This document shows, in pieces, positions 1 to 14,805 of a DNA stretch of 64,000 nt (the stretch's first letter is position 1; the number at the start of each line of letters is the position of its first letter). This DNA comes from Ancylonema sp. Taxonomy: Eukaryota. The notes below the pieces were generated by a model. The model did not search any database, was not told the DNA's origin, and was given only the letters and a program-made list of their open reading frames with translations. The stretch is from assembly GCA_050230475.1 (NCBI GenBank), contig JBFLGF010000116.1, positions 1-64,000 on the forward strand. The letters run 5' to 3'. Both the position numbers and the translations under genes were made by a program.

Positions 1-1746
1 ATATAAGCCTTGAGGGTAGCCAGCTCCGGCTCTGACAGGGAGTAGATCGGGCCCCAAGGGGGTTCCTTGCCAGGCATGAGTGGGATTTTTTGGTCGTAGG
101 GTTTGTGGGTGGGGAGGGTATTGGCTGCTTGCTCGGAGAACACGTTTGCAAAGTCGTGATACTCTGGGGGGGGCTTGGCTAACAGGGCAGGGTCTGGGGG
201 GTTATGAACAGCGGCTAAAATTGCAAGTTTTGGCGGGGGATCGGGAAGGGGAGGGGAGGGGGGGGGGGGAGGAACTAGAGTGCAGGCACTGGGCAGCACA
301 CTTGGAACTCGTGAAGGACAGGGTGCGTGTCTGCTAGTTGATAGTGGGGTGGTGCTTGTGCAGCCAGGGGAAGCCCAGAACGACCGGGCAGTGGGAAGGG
401 CGGGTGACATCCAAGGTAACGGTTTCTATATGGTTGCCTGGGGATCGGAGCTAGGTTAGGAAATAACAGGTGATCGGGCCGGCAACCGGAGGGCTGCCAT
501 CGATGCGTTCGACCTGGATAGGGTGGGGATAGGGGTGAGTTGGGGGATTGTTGTTTGCCAGGATCTGGGGGTTGATGAAGTTGTCCGACGCCCCGGAGTC
601 GATCAACACCGTGACAGGTATGCGGGGAAGGGGATATCGGAGTATCTGGCAAGCTAGCAAGAGCTGGCGGGGTTGGAGAAAGGGGGAGGGTAGGGAAAGG
701 GGACCCGCACAGAGTTCCTCCTAGGACTGTGTGGGGGGATCGTTTTTTGGCTCCGCGGGTTGCAGGTTCAGGAAGCGCACCGTGTGGGCCTTGCCTTTGT
801 TGGGACAAGTCCGTGTGACGTGACCTAGCAGACCGCAGTAGTGGCACAGGTTACCGGCAACGCGGCGAGCCATCTCAGATGGTTCCACTATCAGGACTTG
901 GCGGCGGGTTCCATCGATGTCCATGGGGACGATTTGCAAGTGAGAGGGGATCGGCTGGGGAGACTCATCAGCAACTCTGGCCTGGGGGGGGGTGTATGCA
1001 GGTTTGGAGGGCCGATCTAGACTGCTGGCAGCCATACTGTTCTCCACCTTCTTGACAAAGGTAACGTACTCAGAGAAAGTCTCAAGGGGATCCAGCACCT
1101 TGAAGATCTCCCTACGAAGCTCAGGTTTGAGTTTCTAAAAGAAGGTGTAGATACAGGGGTGGTCAGGCCAGCGGAGAAAGGTCTTGACACTGGGTCTGAG
1201 CTGGACGGTGAAGTCTGACACTGAGCCTGTCTGTCTGAGGTCGCGTAGATGGTGTTCTTTGGTGAGGCGAGTATCCCCCTCCCCAAAGCAGTCGTGAAGG
1301 TTCTTCAAGAGCCTGGTTGCACCAAACTGTGCCGGGAGGTCACCATTCTCGTCGGGGTAGTTAGAGAACCACTCATAGGCAGGTTCAGTAAGGAGGTTGC
1401 CCACGTAGTGGATTGTCTGGACAAGGTTGCTAAACCGCTTAGGAGGCAGCCTGATCATGGATTTGACCTGGTTGCAGAAGGTATATAGATATTTGGGTGT
1501 ACCATCGAACTTAGGGGGATCAGCTGGAACCAGGTCCTGAAGAGTAGGGGTATTTTGGGGTGCGGGAGCGGCTGGATCAGGGGTAGAAGCCATGTAATTA
1601 GCTTCATAAGCTACCTGTTCAGAAAGCTCCGTAAATTTGCTTTTAATATCCTTGTTTTCATCCGCCAAAATTCCGATTTTTTCATCCTGAGATTGTTGCA
1701 TCTGGCGTAAAGCTTCCATGACTTCTTGTAAATTGGGAGAAGACAT
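1..1746 (-). pseudogene. Gypsy gag-protease-RT(start), with several in-frame TAG codons
   Basis: ORFs 1135-1746, 721-1098 and 451-660 are in one frame, separated by TAG codons at 1135, 721 and 451; a conserved W (P.I.W) has also become TAG. Confidence 0.85.
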
Positions 1747-1839
1747 GGTGGAATGATGAGGAGATGAAAAAGAAGGCTGATGAATGAGGTTCAGATCCAG
1801 AATACCCTAAAAAAAAACTCCAAAAAAGTCCTATCAAAG

Positions 1840-2301
1840 GGTTAGGGACGGATGCAAAGACGTCCCTAGCAAGCAAGTTGCGATATGCACACAAGCAACA
1901 AGATGGCGAAATGCCGGATAGGATGAGATGGCATGAGCCGATGGAATGGTTATGGTAATATAATGACAATCGAAATGGGGCAAATACATGAGTTGATAGG
2001 AATGCTCTAAAGGCATTCCTATCGACTAGATATAGGAAAGTCGGCCCTAGTCTGACTCTAGGATCAAGTGGGATAACTCACTCTGAATATGATAAGGACA
2101 CATCAAGTCTGGCTAACGGCACAACTGCCTTAGCTAAGGACACATCAGAATCCTCCCTAGGGGCCAGGCGGCCGCGAGGGACACAACTCCCACTCTATAG
2201 GGACAGAACTCGCTGTAGGGAAAACTGAGCTAGTAGCGCTCTAGCGCTAAGTGTGGGAACCTCGCTAAGGAGCCCTAGTGACTGTAGCGAGGGTCCTAAC
2301 A
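1840..2301 (-). repeat. 5' LTR of the Gypsy element
   Basis: Starts TGTTAGG and ends CCCTAAC(C); homologous to 30692-30933, which ends CCCTAACA; followed by non-tRNA PBS CTTTGATAGGA. Confidence 0.85.
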
Positions 2302-3095
2302 TTCAGACAATGTGTTATGGATACTTGCATCTACACAAGGGGGGAGGGAAACATTCGCATCATTCTAGGTATCCACGTAGATGATCAGGTGATTACGGGC
2401 CCTAACCCCATGGTGATCAAAGCATTCAAAACTGAGATGGCAACTGAATTTAAGATGAAAGACTTGGGTCCCCTAACCCATATCTTGGGGGTGGAAGGGC
2501 ATCGCAACACACACAGAAGAATTCTAACGTTAATTTAGGGGGCATACATCAGACATGTATCGGAACAATACGGAATGGAAAAATGCAACCCCACTAAACT
2601 CCCCCTAGCCCTAGGCACATGGTTAAGTCAAGATGATGAACCCCTCATTCCCCCTACCCCCGACCAGATCACAGAATATAGGGCTAGGATAGGGTCACTG
2701 ATCTACGCCATGAAACAGACTAGAATAGATATTGCATACACGGTGGGGATATTGGCCAAACACATGGGTAATCCTGAGGAAGCTCGCATTAAAGCCCTAC
2801 ACCAACTGTTCAGATACCTAAAAGGAACAACAGACCACGGACTGGCGTATGTGGGGAAGGAGAGGCTGGAAACTAGGGGGTATTGTGATGCAAGTTGGAA
2901 CAGTTGTAGCATGACAATGAAGTGAGTCACTGGCTAAGTAACAACACTTGGGGGGACAACTCTTAGCTGGAAGTCGCAGAAATAATCAACACTTGCACAG
3001 TCCACTGCAGAGCGAGAATACATCGCTGCATGTAGTGTGTCTAAAGAATGTTGCTACTTGAAGTCGCTACTACATGAGGTGAAGGTCCCGAATGA
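2302..3095 (+). pseudogene. Ty1/Copia RT-RNase H remnant
   Basis: IHVDDQVITG (YVDD-like), FKMKDLG, TRIDIAYTVG, RYLKGT, GYCDASW, STAEREYIA; contains stops. Confidence 0.9.
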
Positions 3096-4751
3096 AATTA
3101 TTGGACAGAACTGGACAAAACAAGAAGTTTGTAGGATGTTTTTGGATGCCTTGCCATGCTTGGCAGGGGGTGTGTTTGTTTTGGCCTGTATTTTGGGGGG
3201 CCAGGACACATATGGAGGGCTCAGGACTCCTCCACCATCCAGCTAAGTCCATCAGCAACCTATTATACCCCTAAAACACCTTTACGTCAAGTTAAAAAGG
3301 GCAGCAAATTCTGCAGATTTTGCAGATTTCAAAAAGTTGTTAGAACAACTTCGTTTTCGGTTTGTACGTATTCTTTGCTATGTTGAACATGATGACAAAA
3401 TTTCAGATCGTACGGACATGTTTTGAAAAAGTTATGCAAGTTTAAAATTTTCAGACTGCATGGGTTAAAAAGTCAAAGAAGTCAAAAAGTAAAAAATGTG
3501 TTTTTTTGTTTTTTGTGTTTCACTAACTTGTGGTATTTGTATGTATGTTCAGGGCTTCGGCCCGAAAAACGACCAAGGAGCGGGAGCGATCGGCTTCGGG
3601 AGCTCCGATCGGATACTTTGTAGATATGGCCCCCCTAGCACGTCTATATGCTAGGGTAGACCAAACTACCTCATGGGCTATGCAATGGTTATGCCATGAT
3701 TTAGCTGTAACTCGGGTAGTAACTTGGGTGCCTAGCAAAATGCCAATCAAGGCATGGCATCCGAGGGGGTGTGTTAGAATAAGTCGGATAGCCATGCTTT
3801 GTGCGCTAGTCCGGACTCCACCCGGGCGTTTATAGCCGGGTGTGATTGTAATAGAGGGGTCGGTGACGTTTGTATCCGGGCACCCGACTCGCTTTGCTAG
3901 GTACGTGCCATGTCGACATAATTGGGTTTTCAAAAAAAAACCCTTCCATTCCAATGACTCGGATGGACAAGGTTGCTCAGCTCTGTTATGAGGGTGGTTT
4001 AATGGAACTGGGTAGGATGAATGATTCACATTTGTTCCCGTGAGAAGTCCATTGTGCAGGGAGTTTCTGGGCTCTCTTGCTAGTAGGATAATGTACATAA
4101 TCTGGAATACGTTCTAGTACCCGCAGTTTGGGGCTGCCAAATAGCTTGTAAGTCCACCGGTGGTATGAGTTCCAGTGAATATCTCACCGGATATCAAGCC
4201 ATGTCGCATACTGTTTTAGCCAAGCATGTTGTGAGGTTGGTATTGATCGCATATGTAAGCCCCAGTCAATCCTAGACGTTTTGATTCTATATTCAACGAT
4301 AGGATGTATGGTTCCCACACCTCGAGAGAACATACTTTTACAAGTGCTATACCGAGATATTCAGATCTCCGACTCACAGTTTGACTCAAAGTTTCCGTAC
4401 GCAACAATATCTTTCAACGAATCTCAAAGGGACAAAAACGTGATAAACGATAATACAAAAGCGTCGACGGAAATGAGTAATGAATTATGAGCGGCATCGG
4501 GTTGATAATACCCGATGCACGTTACATTGAGCACTATGCCGACGGTCGGAATATCGACCGTTGGCCTACCATAATTCGCCAACTCAGCGATCATGTCGGT
4601 TGCTGATGCTCATGCTCATACAACAATGTACATTGCCTTAACATATTCATGATTCACTATAAAAGTAATGTTTTTTTTTTATTTTCTTCAATGTGATTAT
4701 GTTTGTTTTATTCAAGATTATGACAGTTCGGACTTCTGTCCTCTTATGTAG

Positions 4752-5432
4752 GTTGAACCTGGCGAAAATAAAGCGCAAGCAATTCAGGATATTCGCGAAG
4801 AACCGGTGGAGATGCAACGTGAACTCCTGCAGGTCTTCACCACTCAGTTCAACGCACTTTTGGAGATGTTGCGAGAGATGGCTAGAGTGGCATTAGGGGC
4901 CCCGACCAACCAGTGCTGCTGCGGGGGTAACTCAGCTGCTGCTGGTGCTGCAACTGCTACTGCTGCTGCTGGTGCTGCAACTGCTACTGCTGCAGCTCCT
5001 GCTGCTGCTGCTGCCAATGGTGATGAAAGGGGCCTTTCTTCCAATGATAGTCGGCTTTCGGCAGAGCAAGTCTTGCTCTTGATGGACGCCGACGGGTCAT
5101 TATTTGACCACCTCTCCAACCAGATCGAATCCCCCCGCGACCTGCTGATGGCTTGGGAGGACGGATTCGCAGGCTGTCCTCCCATTGAGGTTATTGATGA
5201 CAAGCGAAGCAAGTACAAGAGGAAATGGAGAGCTGGGGGTGACCGCCACAAGAAGTTCTACGGTTGGCAGGTTGTCTACAAAGACATTCGAAGTGCAGGA
5301 GACAAAGAGGATCGGATCAAATACTCCGAGGCCATGCACGTGACGTATGGTGCGAAGCGTGGAGGGGCCATTTCATCACTGTCGAAATTGATCCAGAAGA
5401 GCAAGGCAAACACAAGGAGTGCTGCCAATTGA
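4752..5432 (+). CDS. GCR1_C-like DNA-binding domain protein (Crypton-type), probably a terminal exon
   Basis: LSNQIESPRDLLMAWEDGFAGCPPIEVIDDKRSKYKRKWR...RHKKFYGWQVVY fits the GCR1_C pattern (DL..EW..G..G.P.I......KWR). Ala-rich linker; in-frame acceptor TAG at 4749-4751; TGA stop. Confidence 0.6.
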   Translation, partial: VEPGENKAQAIQDIREEPVEMQRELLQVFTTQFNALLEMLREMARVALGAPTNQCCCGGNSAAAGAATATAAAGAATATAAAPAAAAANGDERGLSSNDSRLSAEQVLLLMDADGSLFDHLSNQIESPRDLLMAWEDGFAGCPPIEVIDDKRSKYKRKWRAGGDRHKKFYGWQVVYKDIRSAGDKEDRIKYSEAMHVTYGAKRGGAISSLSKLIQKSKANTRSAAN

Positions 5433-7149
5433 GGTACATGATGCTCACCCATGTGACCTGTACTTGAAGTACAAGTGTTATATTTTTCTCATTATCGGGG
5501 GGGTAGGGAAATGGATGTACATGTACATTGCACTTCTGGCTTCGGAATTTACACCTACACCTTCCAAAAAATGACATGTTTCTTATGGTATTGGGGACCC
5601 GCAGGTCCCACTACTGAAGGTGCGGAGAGTGCGGGAGCCATGGTGGACAAGGAGGTGGTGGTACATTGACGGTGACGTGACGTGATACTTGATGCAACAA
5701 GATCCGGCTAAGTCAATGGAATCTGTTGTTTGCTGGGACTTCCAGAAAGGCTATATGGCTATAGGCGATAGGGTTGTTCATGTGTGAACAAAGTAGAGTG
5801 GTAATAGTAGTAGGGTGCATCCTTTTGTGGGAGCATAAGACACATTATTCATGATTGAAATCATTCATGTAGATACATGATTCAAGAAACTAGATAAACT
5901 AGATATCTTTGGGGGCAAGAAAGGAACAAATTGTGCAATATAAACAACATTGTAACGAGAGACAATTGTGCAGTATAAACTATTCGAGGCTTTTTGGTAA
6001 CTCTCTACAACATTGGTGTTGGTCTTTTGTATTGCTTCCATTATATATTAAATAATAAAAAAAGAGACCATAGCTTGGTTGTATCGCCATGGGAGGTGAT
6101 GACATGATGAAAGCCACTAAATGGCATACGTACATCATCACATTCATGCTACCTTTTGATGGATGTTCAATTCTCAACAAATGAATGTTCCACAATATAA
6201 CGTGTCGCGGATTCAATCAAGGGTTGGGGAGTGAGATATGTCCATGACACATACATTTCTGAAAATATAATCTAAATAGCATATGTGTCCATCCGTTTAC
6301 AATGGCACCTTGCACAACAATTCGTGGAAATAAAACAAATGTAGGCACAAGTCTCCATCACACAATCACTCAAATCCTACTTTCAATGAGATGATACTAA
6401 AAAGAGGGGTGATGGTTTGAACACATGTAAACCGAGGTGTCCTTTGCCGAACACATTTCAAGTTCATGTAAAAATAATTACACGAATTTCGAACACTTTA
6501 CTCCAATCTTGGCGTATTTACCTGCAAGCATATCACGCAAATGATATAAGTACCCACGAACATAAACAAACATTGAATTCTGGTCGTGGTGATAAATTAT
6601 CCTCTTCACATCGTGTGGTTCATAGGGGGCACGTGTTTCAAAAAGGTTATTTAAGCCATTAGGATATGCCGGGGGATGGGTGGGGGAGGGAGGGGGAGGC
6701 ATCATAATCACGTTGGGGGGGGACATAGGGGTGGGAGTGGAGTACATATCAATATTAAAAAAAACTACGGGGGAAAGGGTATGTATGGTAGGTGTGTCAC
6801 GTTTTTCTGAAACTCAAATCCATCCTCACGAAACTTGCCTCTCTTATCTCTGCTTCCTCCTACACACATTATATGTTCAAAATAGCTCCCTCTATCTCTT
6901 CACTAGCCACATCAATCCTACACCGAATTGTGTACAAATCAGGCATACATGTTGACTTCAGAACGCAATTGACGTTCGTGAAGTTCATACAACCTCGTCG
7001 GATAGTAGGCACACTCTTTGAAGTAATTCATCACTGAATTTCAAATAAAACGCGCCTCATCTTATGCTCACTGACCACGTGTAACATCTCCGACCTCCAG
7101 CTCTATGAACTTTACTCATCACTCGGATCAGCCACAATTTATCCTTCAA

Positions 7150-8100
7150 CATGCTGGATTTATTTACGGCTTGCATGTTGATTCAAAATGATGAGGATTT
7201 CAGAATGCATGCTGGATGCTCGTGGTGAGCACATTAGTCCTTCAGCGAGGCCACCCAGACCCTACCTCACATCAGAGCTTGCGGAATCAGAATCGCTTCG
7301 GAGTCCATTTACTGCGGAATTCAATGCTGGTTCGAAATCATCGCTATTGACATGCCGGAATGCCCGCAGTGACGCCCGACATAGATTCCATGCAGTTCAG
7401 CGCCGTAAGTCTCACGTGCAGCGGGGAGACACCGAGGGGCATGGCGAGTCTCTAAAGTCCAGAGTGTGCACATGCCAGTATGATTTCTGGCCTATGAGAG
7501 CTTTCCTTGTCACTCGGACCACGTCGTCACCGGCCACATCTATCCTAAACTACCGGAATTTAATCCAGGCATGCAAGTTGATATCAGAATGCATGTTGAT
7601 TTCACAATACACATGTTGAATATCAAAAATATGGTAAAGCGCATGCGACCTTCGGCAACACCTTAAGCAAGACCCACACCCCTACCGCTAACTCACGTAG
7701 GAGCTCGCAGAAACAGATTGATAGCAGAATCGCTTCGAATCGCTTCTGGGAGTCCATTGCTGCTTCGAAATCACCGCCATCGGCCGCCATGCCGCTATGC
7801 CCGCAATGATGCCGCGTGTGTCTCGCACTGCACATCGCGAGTCCCTACAGGCAATCCGCACTCGCCAGTATGAATTCCTGGCCGGCCTCCGTTCCCGTAG
7901 ACGCAGCTGGGAACGGCGCGGGGCGACATCCGCGGACGCACGGCGCAATTCCAAGTCCCCGGACACACGTCCGACGGGAGTCGGAACCCACCGGGAGGCG
8001 TGTCCGAAAAGCCGGGACAGGGTCCGAAAACCGCCGGTCGGACGTCCGAAAATGGTTCGTCGGGTCCGAAAAATGCCCGAGATAGGGGTTCATGAGGGTA
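7150..8100. repeat. Degenerate ~400-bp tandem duplication followed by a GTCCGAAAA repeat cluster (probable DNA-transposon end)
   Basis: Blocks CAGAATCGCTTCG...GAGTCCATT and GCCAGTATGA.T.CTGGCC occur at ~7290/7480 and ~7725/7865; GTCCGAAAA occurs 4 times in 8002-8072. Confidence 0.45.
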
Positions 8101-8609
8101 ATGGGTATGTATGGTGGTGGTTATCATTGTTATTTCAGGGTTCATAGACAACCGGAACTGAGGCGTTGACTCTCGGCGCGGTCAATTCCGATGTTTACGC
8201 AGCAACGCTGACACGTGACATTTGCAGGGTTTAGAATCTTTACCGAAGCTTCAGTACCCGCAGTTCGGATGGACAGTCGGGTGAGAGTCGACTTCACCAG
8301 CGAAGTGGGAAGAATCATGCGACCGGCATTGCACGACTTGTCGTCATTTGGATGCTCCTTTCCATCTACCTTGGGCGCCCCCTCTCGAGTTTTTCACCTC
8401 TTGCCCTTAGACATGCCTGTTTCTTTTCCCACGTTTTGCAATTTTCGGGTCGCACATCCACCGGTTTTTTTTTTGCCAAAGCTGATCTCCTCAAAGACCA
8501 CCCTCTAGCTCCTCGAATTCGAAATTATTTTGTATTACGCCGGCCCCCGCGATTTGAATCTTATTCGTCTGCTCCCGTAGTTAGCCAATCTCGATTCGCC
8601 GAGTCGTGC

Positions 8610-10608
<1,999 letters not shown>

Positions 10609-12827
10609 TGTAGGTTGTAGGGTGAACGTGAAGGTTCTCCTTGTCGCTGCTCCGTTGTCGCGATGTGTGTTCAAGGCATGAGGCAAGAGGTTGCACGTGG
10701 TGTACTTTATAGTGGGCAATTGGAGGTGAGGTTCAAGAAAGTTGTACATGCGTTGTTAAGTCACCTTGCCCTTGGTGTAGGGGAAGTCGTGAACCATTTG
10801 CGACAAAGATAGGCCCATCAGCATGGTTAAGGCACTCCCACAATAGCTAGTCAGCACCCAATTGGGTATGTTGAGGATTATAGTAAACGTTCGCAAATGA
10901 CATCAACCTTGCCACAAAATGACTTGTTTCAAGCATCTATCTATCAAATGGGCTCACGTGTGTGCGGGGACACACTAGAATATTTAGATGATTCAGAGTC
11001 TTTGTCGGGTACGTAAGTTTGTATTTTAAAATCTGGAGGACGAGGTCGAATCCGTGCGTGTACGAATGGCAAAGACCCTCTCGACCATCTGGGGCCATCC
11101 AATCAAGTGTGCAGGAGCTTGGTGGTGGTTGGAAAAATCGTAATGCGGGTTCCTCTTGTCCGAGTCCTTATCCCTATTTGACTACTCCGTGGTTTGTTGT
11201 GCAATAGTGACGTGATTCGAACGGTTTTCGCTTTCTCGTATTCGGAATTATTTCGATGTGACTTGGTTGGGCCAACCATAGGCATTTCGTGCTCGTGAAT
11301 AACCAACCTTTTATGTTGGCCGTCAACCACCCATTCAATCGAATACTTACTACCCGGCGGGAACGATTAGCGAATTGGAGTTCACTCGCGTTTATGGAGC
11401 ACATAATACATTAAATAATTTTGATCCTACCCCGTGTCCATACAAATATTTGTGCATTATATGCTTTTTCGTAGCAAATGATATTATTTGAGATCGTAGG
11501 TGGCCCCAGACCGTGTTTACGTTATTTGAGATCATAGTTATCTGATTATGGTTATTTGAGATCATAGGTGGCCCTAGATCGTTTGGGAGTTTGCCTTGAA
11601 TCACTCTCGTCCCGGATCCGGACGCCCCACTCAAAACAAAATGCTTTAAAAACGGCTTTAGGATTGTGCTAGGCGCGAACTATCGTGTGGATGCCATATT
11701 TTTAGCAATTGATGTAATGAGACTCCACAAGTTGATTGTTTTGACCCTGAAATGACATATTTGCATGGTAAACAAATGCTTATGCAGGTCATAGTCACAA
11801 AGCGTTTCACCTCTCAAAATGTGCACGTTCAAACAATCATGAAATATATATAATTCTTTCAGCCTTCATTCTTTTGAGAATGTACAATTGTTAATTCTCT
11901 TTGGAAAGGATGCACCCGATGAGTATCCCGGGTGTTCATGTGTACAAGCACACGAGTTGTGTTTGTGTGATGAAATTCGACAAAAGCGGATAAGATGATT
12001 TGCGGGTATGTGTGCTTGTGTGTGGTGTCTTCAAGGATGTGCATCCGCATGTGTATGTGCAGTATATTTTGAATTTTATCTATACATAAAAATGTGTCTA
12101 CATGTTTATTGCATCATATATAGAACATACATTTTTGGATACCTCTAGTGAATGTCATGTCATGGACATCGAGGTGTTTCACTATATCGAGGTGGATTTA
12201 TACACCGTATAACAACATTTCATGGTGGAGTTATAAATTTGTGAAGGGACTTCATAGAGGGACATATATCGATAGTTGTATCTAGGAACTTCATAGAGTG
12301 AACAACCAAATGTGTTGTTACCTTGTTGCCTAGAATGGGTTGCCTTGTAATCATCACACAATCACCGTATATGTTGTGATATAAGCTATACAAGTGGGTA
12401 ATGAGATCAATACATGGCGACCACGGAACATATTTAAACAACTTGATGAGGAGAGTTAGGGAAGTATTGAGAGTCGTACGAGGCAACAATGTACGCACAT
12501 GTCTTCTTGGACATGGGAAAAACGATGGACATGCACGCCAGGAACAATTTCTTGTTCTATACTCTATATTCTAGATTCTGTATTCTAGATTATAGGTTCA
12601 TGGATTCATGGTCCGAATTTAGTATTATCGATATTTCCATGCAACGTTACCTGCAATAAATAGCGTTTTGTACACCGTATAGAATATTCAGATGTGATTT
12701 TCTATAACAATTTGTCTTTGTAAAGAGTGTCGTGAAGCTTACATCGAGGGAGTTTTTATGTTGATTTTGAATATCGAGGGAGCACTATAACGAACTTTGA
12801 GTAGAAGTCATGCCTGCTTTTGTCTAG

Positions 12828-13750
12828 CATAGTTGCACGAACCGGCTGTGTTTTTTTTTTGGAACCGGTTCCGAGATGGAACCGTTTCGGAACCGGACAA
12901 ACCGGAGGATTTTTAGGGTTTTTATCCTTCTTGCGGTAGAACATCTTTTCCCTCCTAAAAAATGTAAGCGGGGGAAATATATCATTGTACATGGTCATGT
13001 TGATGACTCCCCGTCACTTCTAGACATTAAAATTGTTAAATATTTAATCGGAAAAATATGGCACGGCCATTGCAAGTTTTAATTCGCTTTATTTCGCGCC
13101 ATGGCAGGACGTGGTGCAATTTCATTGGCAGAAAACAACACTCGGCCTTCCACTTTGACAGACACATCCAGCTTTGGAGAAGCAAGGGATGTGGAACAGA
13201 GAGGAGAAGATTATAACTATAAAAGTAGTGTTAAATCTTTGAAAGAAAGATTTGCAAGAGAAAATACATGGACGGTTGAAGCATATGTCAAGTACCATTA
13301 GATTACGGGTAAAACATCTTCTCGTAACATTTTCACTTGGAGGTATAACACGGACGTGGGAATGAGGGAATATATATGGAACGGAGATGAGCATAGGATT
13401 ATCTTAAAACGACATAACCATTTCGTTTAACTACTTGTACATAAATAGAAACATAGTTTGCAGAGAAGCGAGCAAAACATACAAATGCACCAAAAATCAT
13501 GAGGGTGTACTCATGCGGAAAATGGATTTGAGTATTTTTACAATGGGTGTCATTTGTTTGATTTTTTTGTTGGTGACGAGGTGCACCCAAAAAATACTAT
13601 TTTTCGATTTAGTCTGTGCCATATTACCCCTCAAAATGACGATGAAGTGAAAAAAACCTAAATCTTCCGGTTCCGAACCGCTGCCAATTTTGTCGGAACC
13701 GGTTCCATCTTAAATCCGGTTCGGAAACGGTTCGGTTTAAGACAACTATG
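12828..13750. mobile_element. Non-autonomous hAT element, CATAGTTG-TIR family (opposite orientation to the copies at 32318 and 40434)
   Basis: TIR CATAGTTG...CAACTATG; 8-bp TSD TTGTCTAG/TTATCTAG; subterminal GAACCGGTTCC repeats; internal homology to the other copies. Confidence 0.88.
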
Positions 13751-13755
13751 TTATC

Positions 13756-14013
13756 TAGGGATTGGCGAGCGCAGATCCCGGCGAGCGCATGATCGCATGA
13801 TCGCATGATCATTCGCTCATTGCCCAAAATCGGCAATGAGCTCATGGGATTGCGCTCATGCGCTCATTCTGCGCTGTCATACGCTATGCGCTGCTGCGCA
13901 CAATTTTGTTGTACTAATGCCCTCATGAGCGCATTCTGTGCTCATGAGCGTGACCTTGAGCTCGCAGAACGCAGATCGCATCGGGTTCCACTGCGCTCGC
14001 AGTTCTGTCCCTG
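13756..14013. mobile_element. Degenerate hAT-like MITE
   Basis: Ends TAGGGA..GCGAGCGCAG / CTGCGCTCGC..TCCCTG with internal GCGCTCAT repeats; no TSD found. Confidence 0.4.
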
Positions 14014-14805
14014 GGAGCAGTGTCAGAGTGTCAGAGCTCTCGTGGAATTTTGGAAACCTGATGAGTCATCATGACCATGGCCATGGAGTGTCATTAGTGA
14101 TGACAGAATGACAGCGACGGGACAGACGTGCCACTGACGGGCTCGTGGGTGGGGGACATTATCCTTCTGGCGCCATGTGATGGGCTTATGGATGGGGTGT
14201 TTGAAGCTATCGATGCAAAATGGCCCTGGTACGTCGTACAGTGATTGTGTCACGAAGTCGTCGAGCAGTCTTTGTACCCTTTACGTGACATTGTCCGAAT
14301 TCGGAACTCTTTGAACCTGGAACCACTTTTCGGCGAAGAAGTCTGTCGCATGCGTGTGTTGCAAAAAGATTTCCGCTAAAAGTCAGTTTTGCTCCGCAAT
14401 TTGTTAATGAACGATAATTCTGTTCGACACTATCATGTAGACAGCAACAATCAATACCTCGATCATATTTCTGCACGGACTCGTAACATGATAGAGTAAC
14501 AGACAAACTTCAACAACAACTGGCCACACAAAACAGACAACACACTCTGCCTGATGGTATTGATAGCTGGTATTCTAGTATCCTTTGACATCAACCGGTT
14601 CGTGCAACCCTACATCTATAGTACAGTATGTCCCCACATATGTACATCTTAGTCGTGGTCATCTTCGGCCAGGTGAGAAGGCAGTGTTTAGCTGACTCCC
14701 ATCCTTTCCACGATGTGGATGGACAGCTTCTCTCAGAAGGTTCCCTTTTCTAATGCTTGCACATCAGTGTCCGTGCAGGCTTTTCCTCAGAAGTACAGCT
14801 GTCCT

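Larger units (their letters stand above)
1..2301 (-). mobile_element. Ty3/Gypsy LTR retrotransposon, 5' part (Tf1/sushi/Tcn1 chromovirus-like), inserted into a Copia RT
   Basis: LTR 1840-2301 starts TGTTAGG. Gag has PPKFDG and CCHC knuckle CHYCGLLGHVTRTC; protease VLIDSGASDNFI...VVLGFPWL; RT start GPIYSLSEPEL at the window edge. Copia RT sequence resumes at 2302. Confidence 0.92.

Noticed and set aside
3523..4300. 191-aa ORF and overlapping minus-strand frames
   Set aside because: No recognisable domain; CTAG-rich sequence suggests a decayed repeat.
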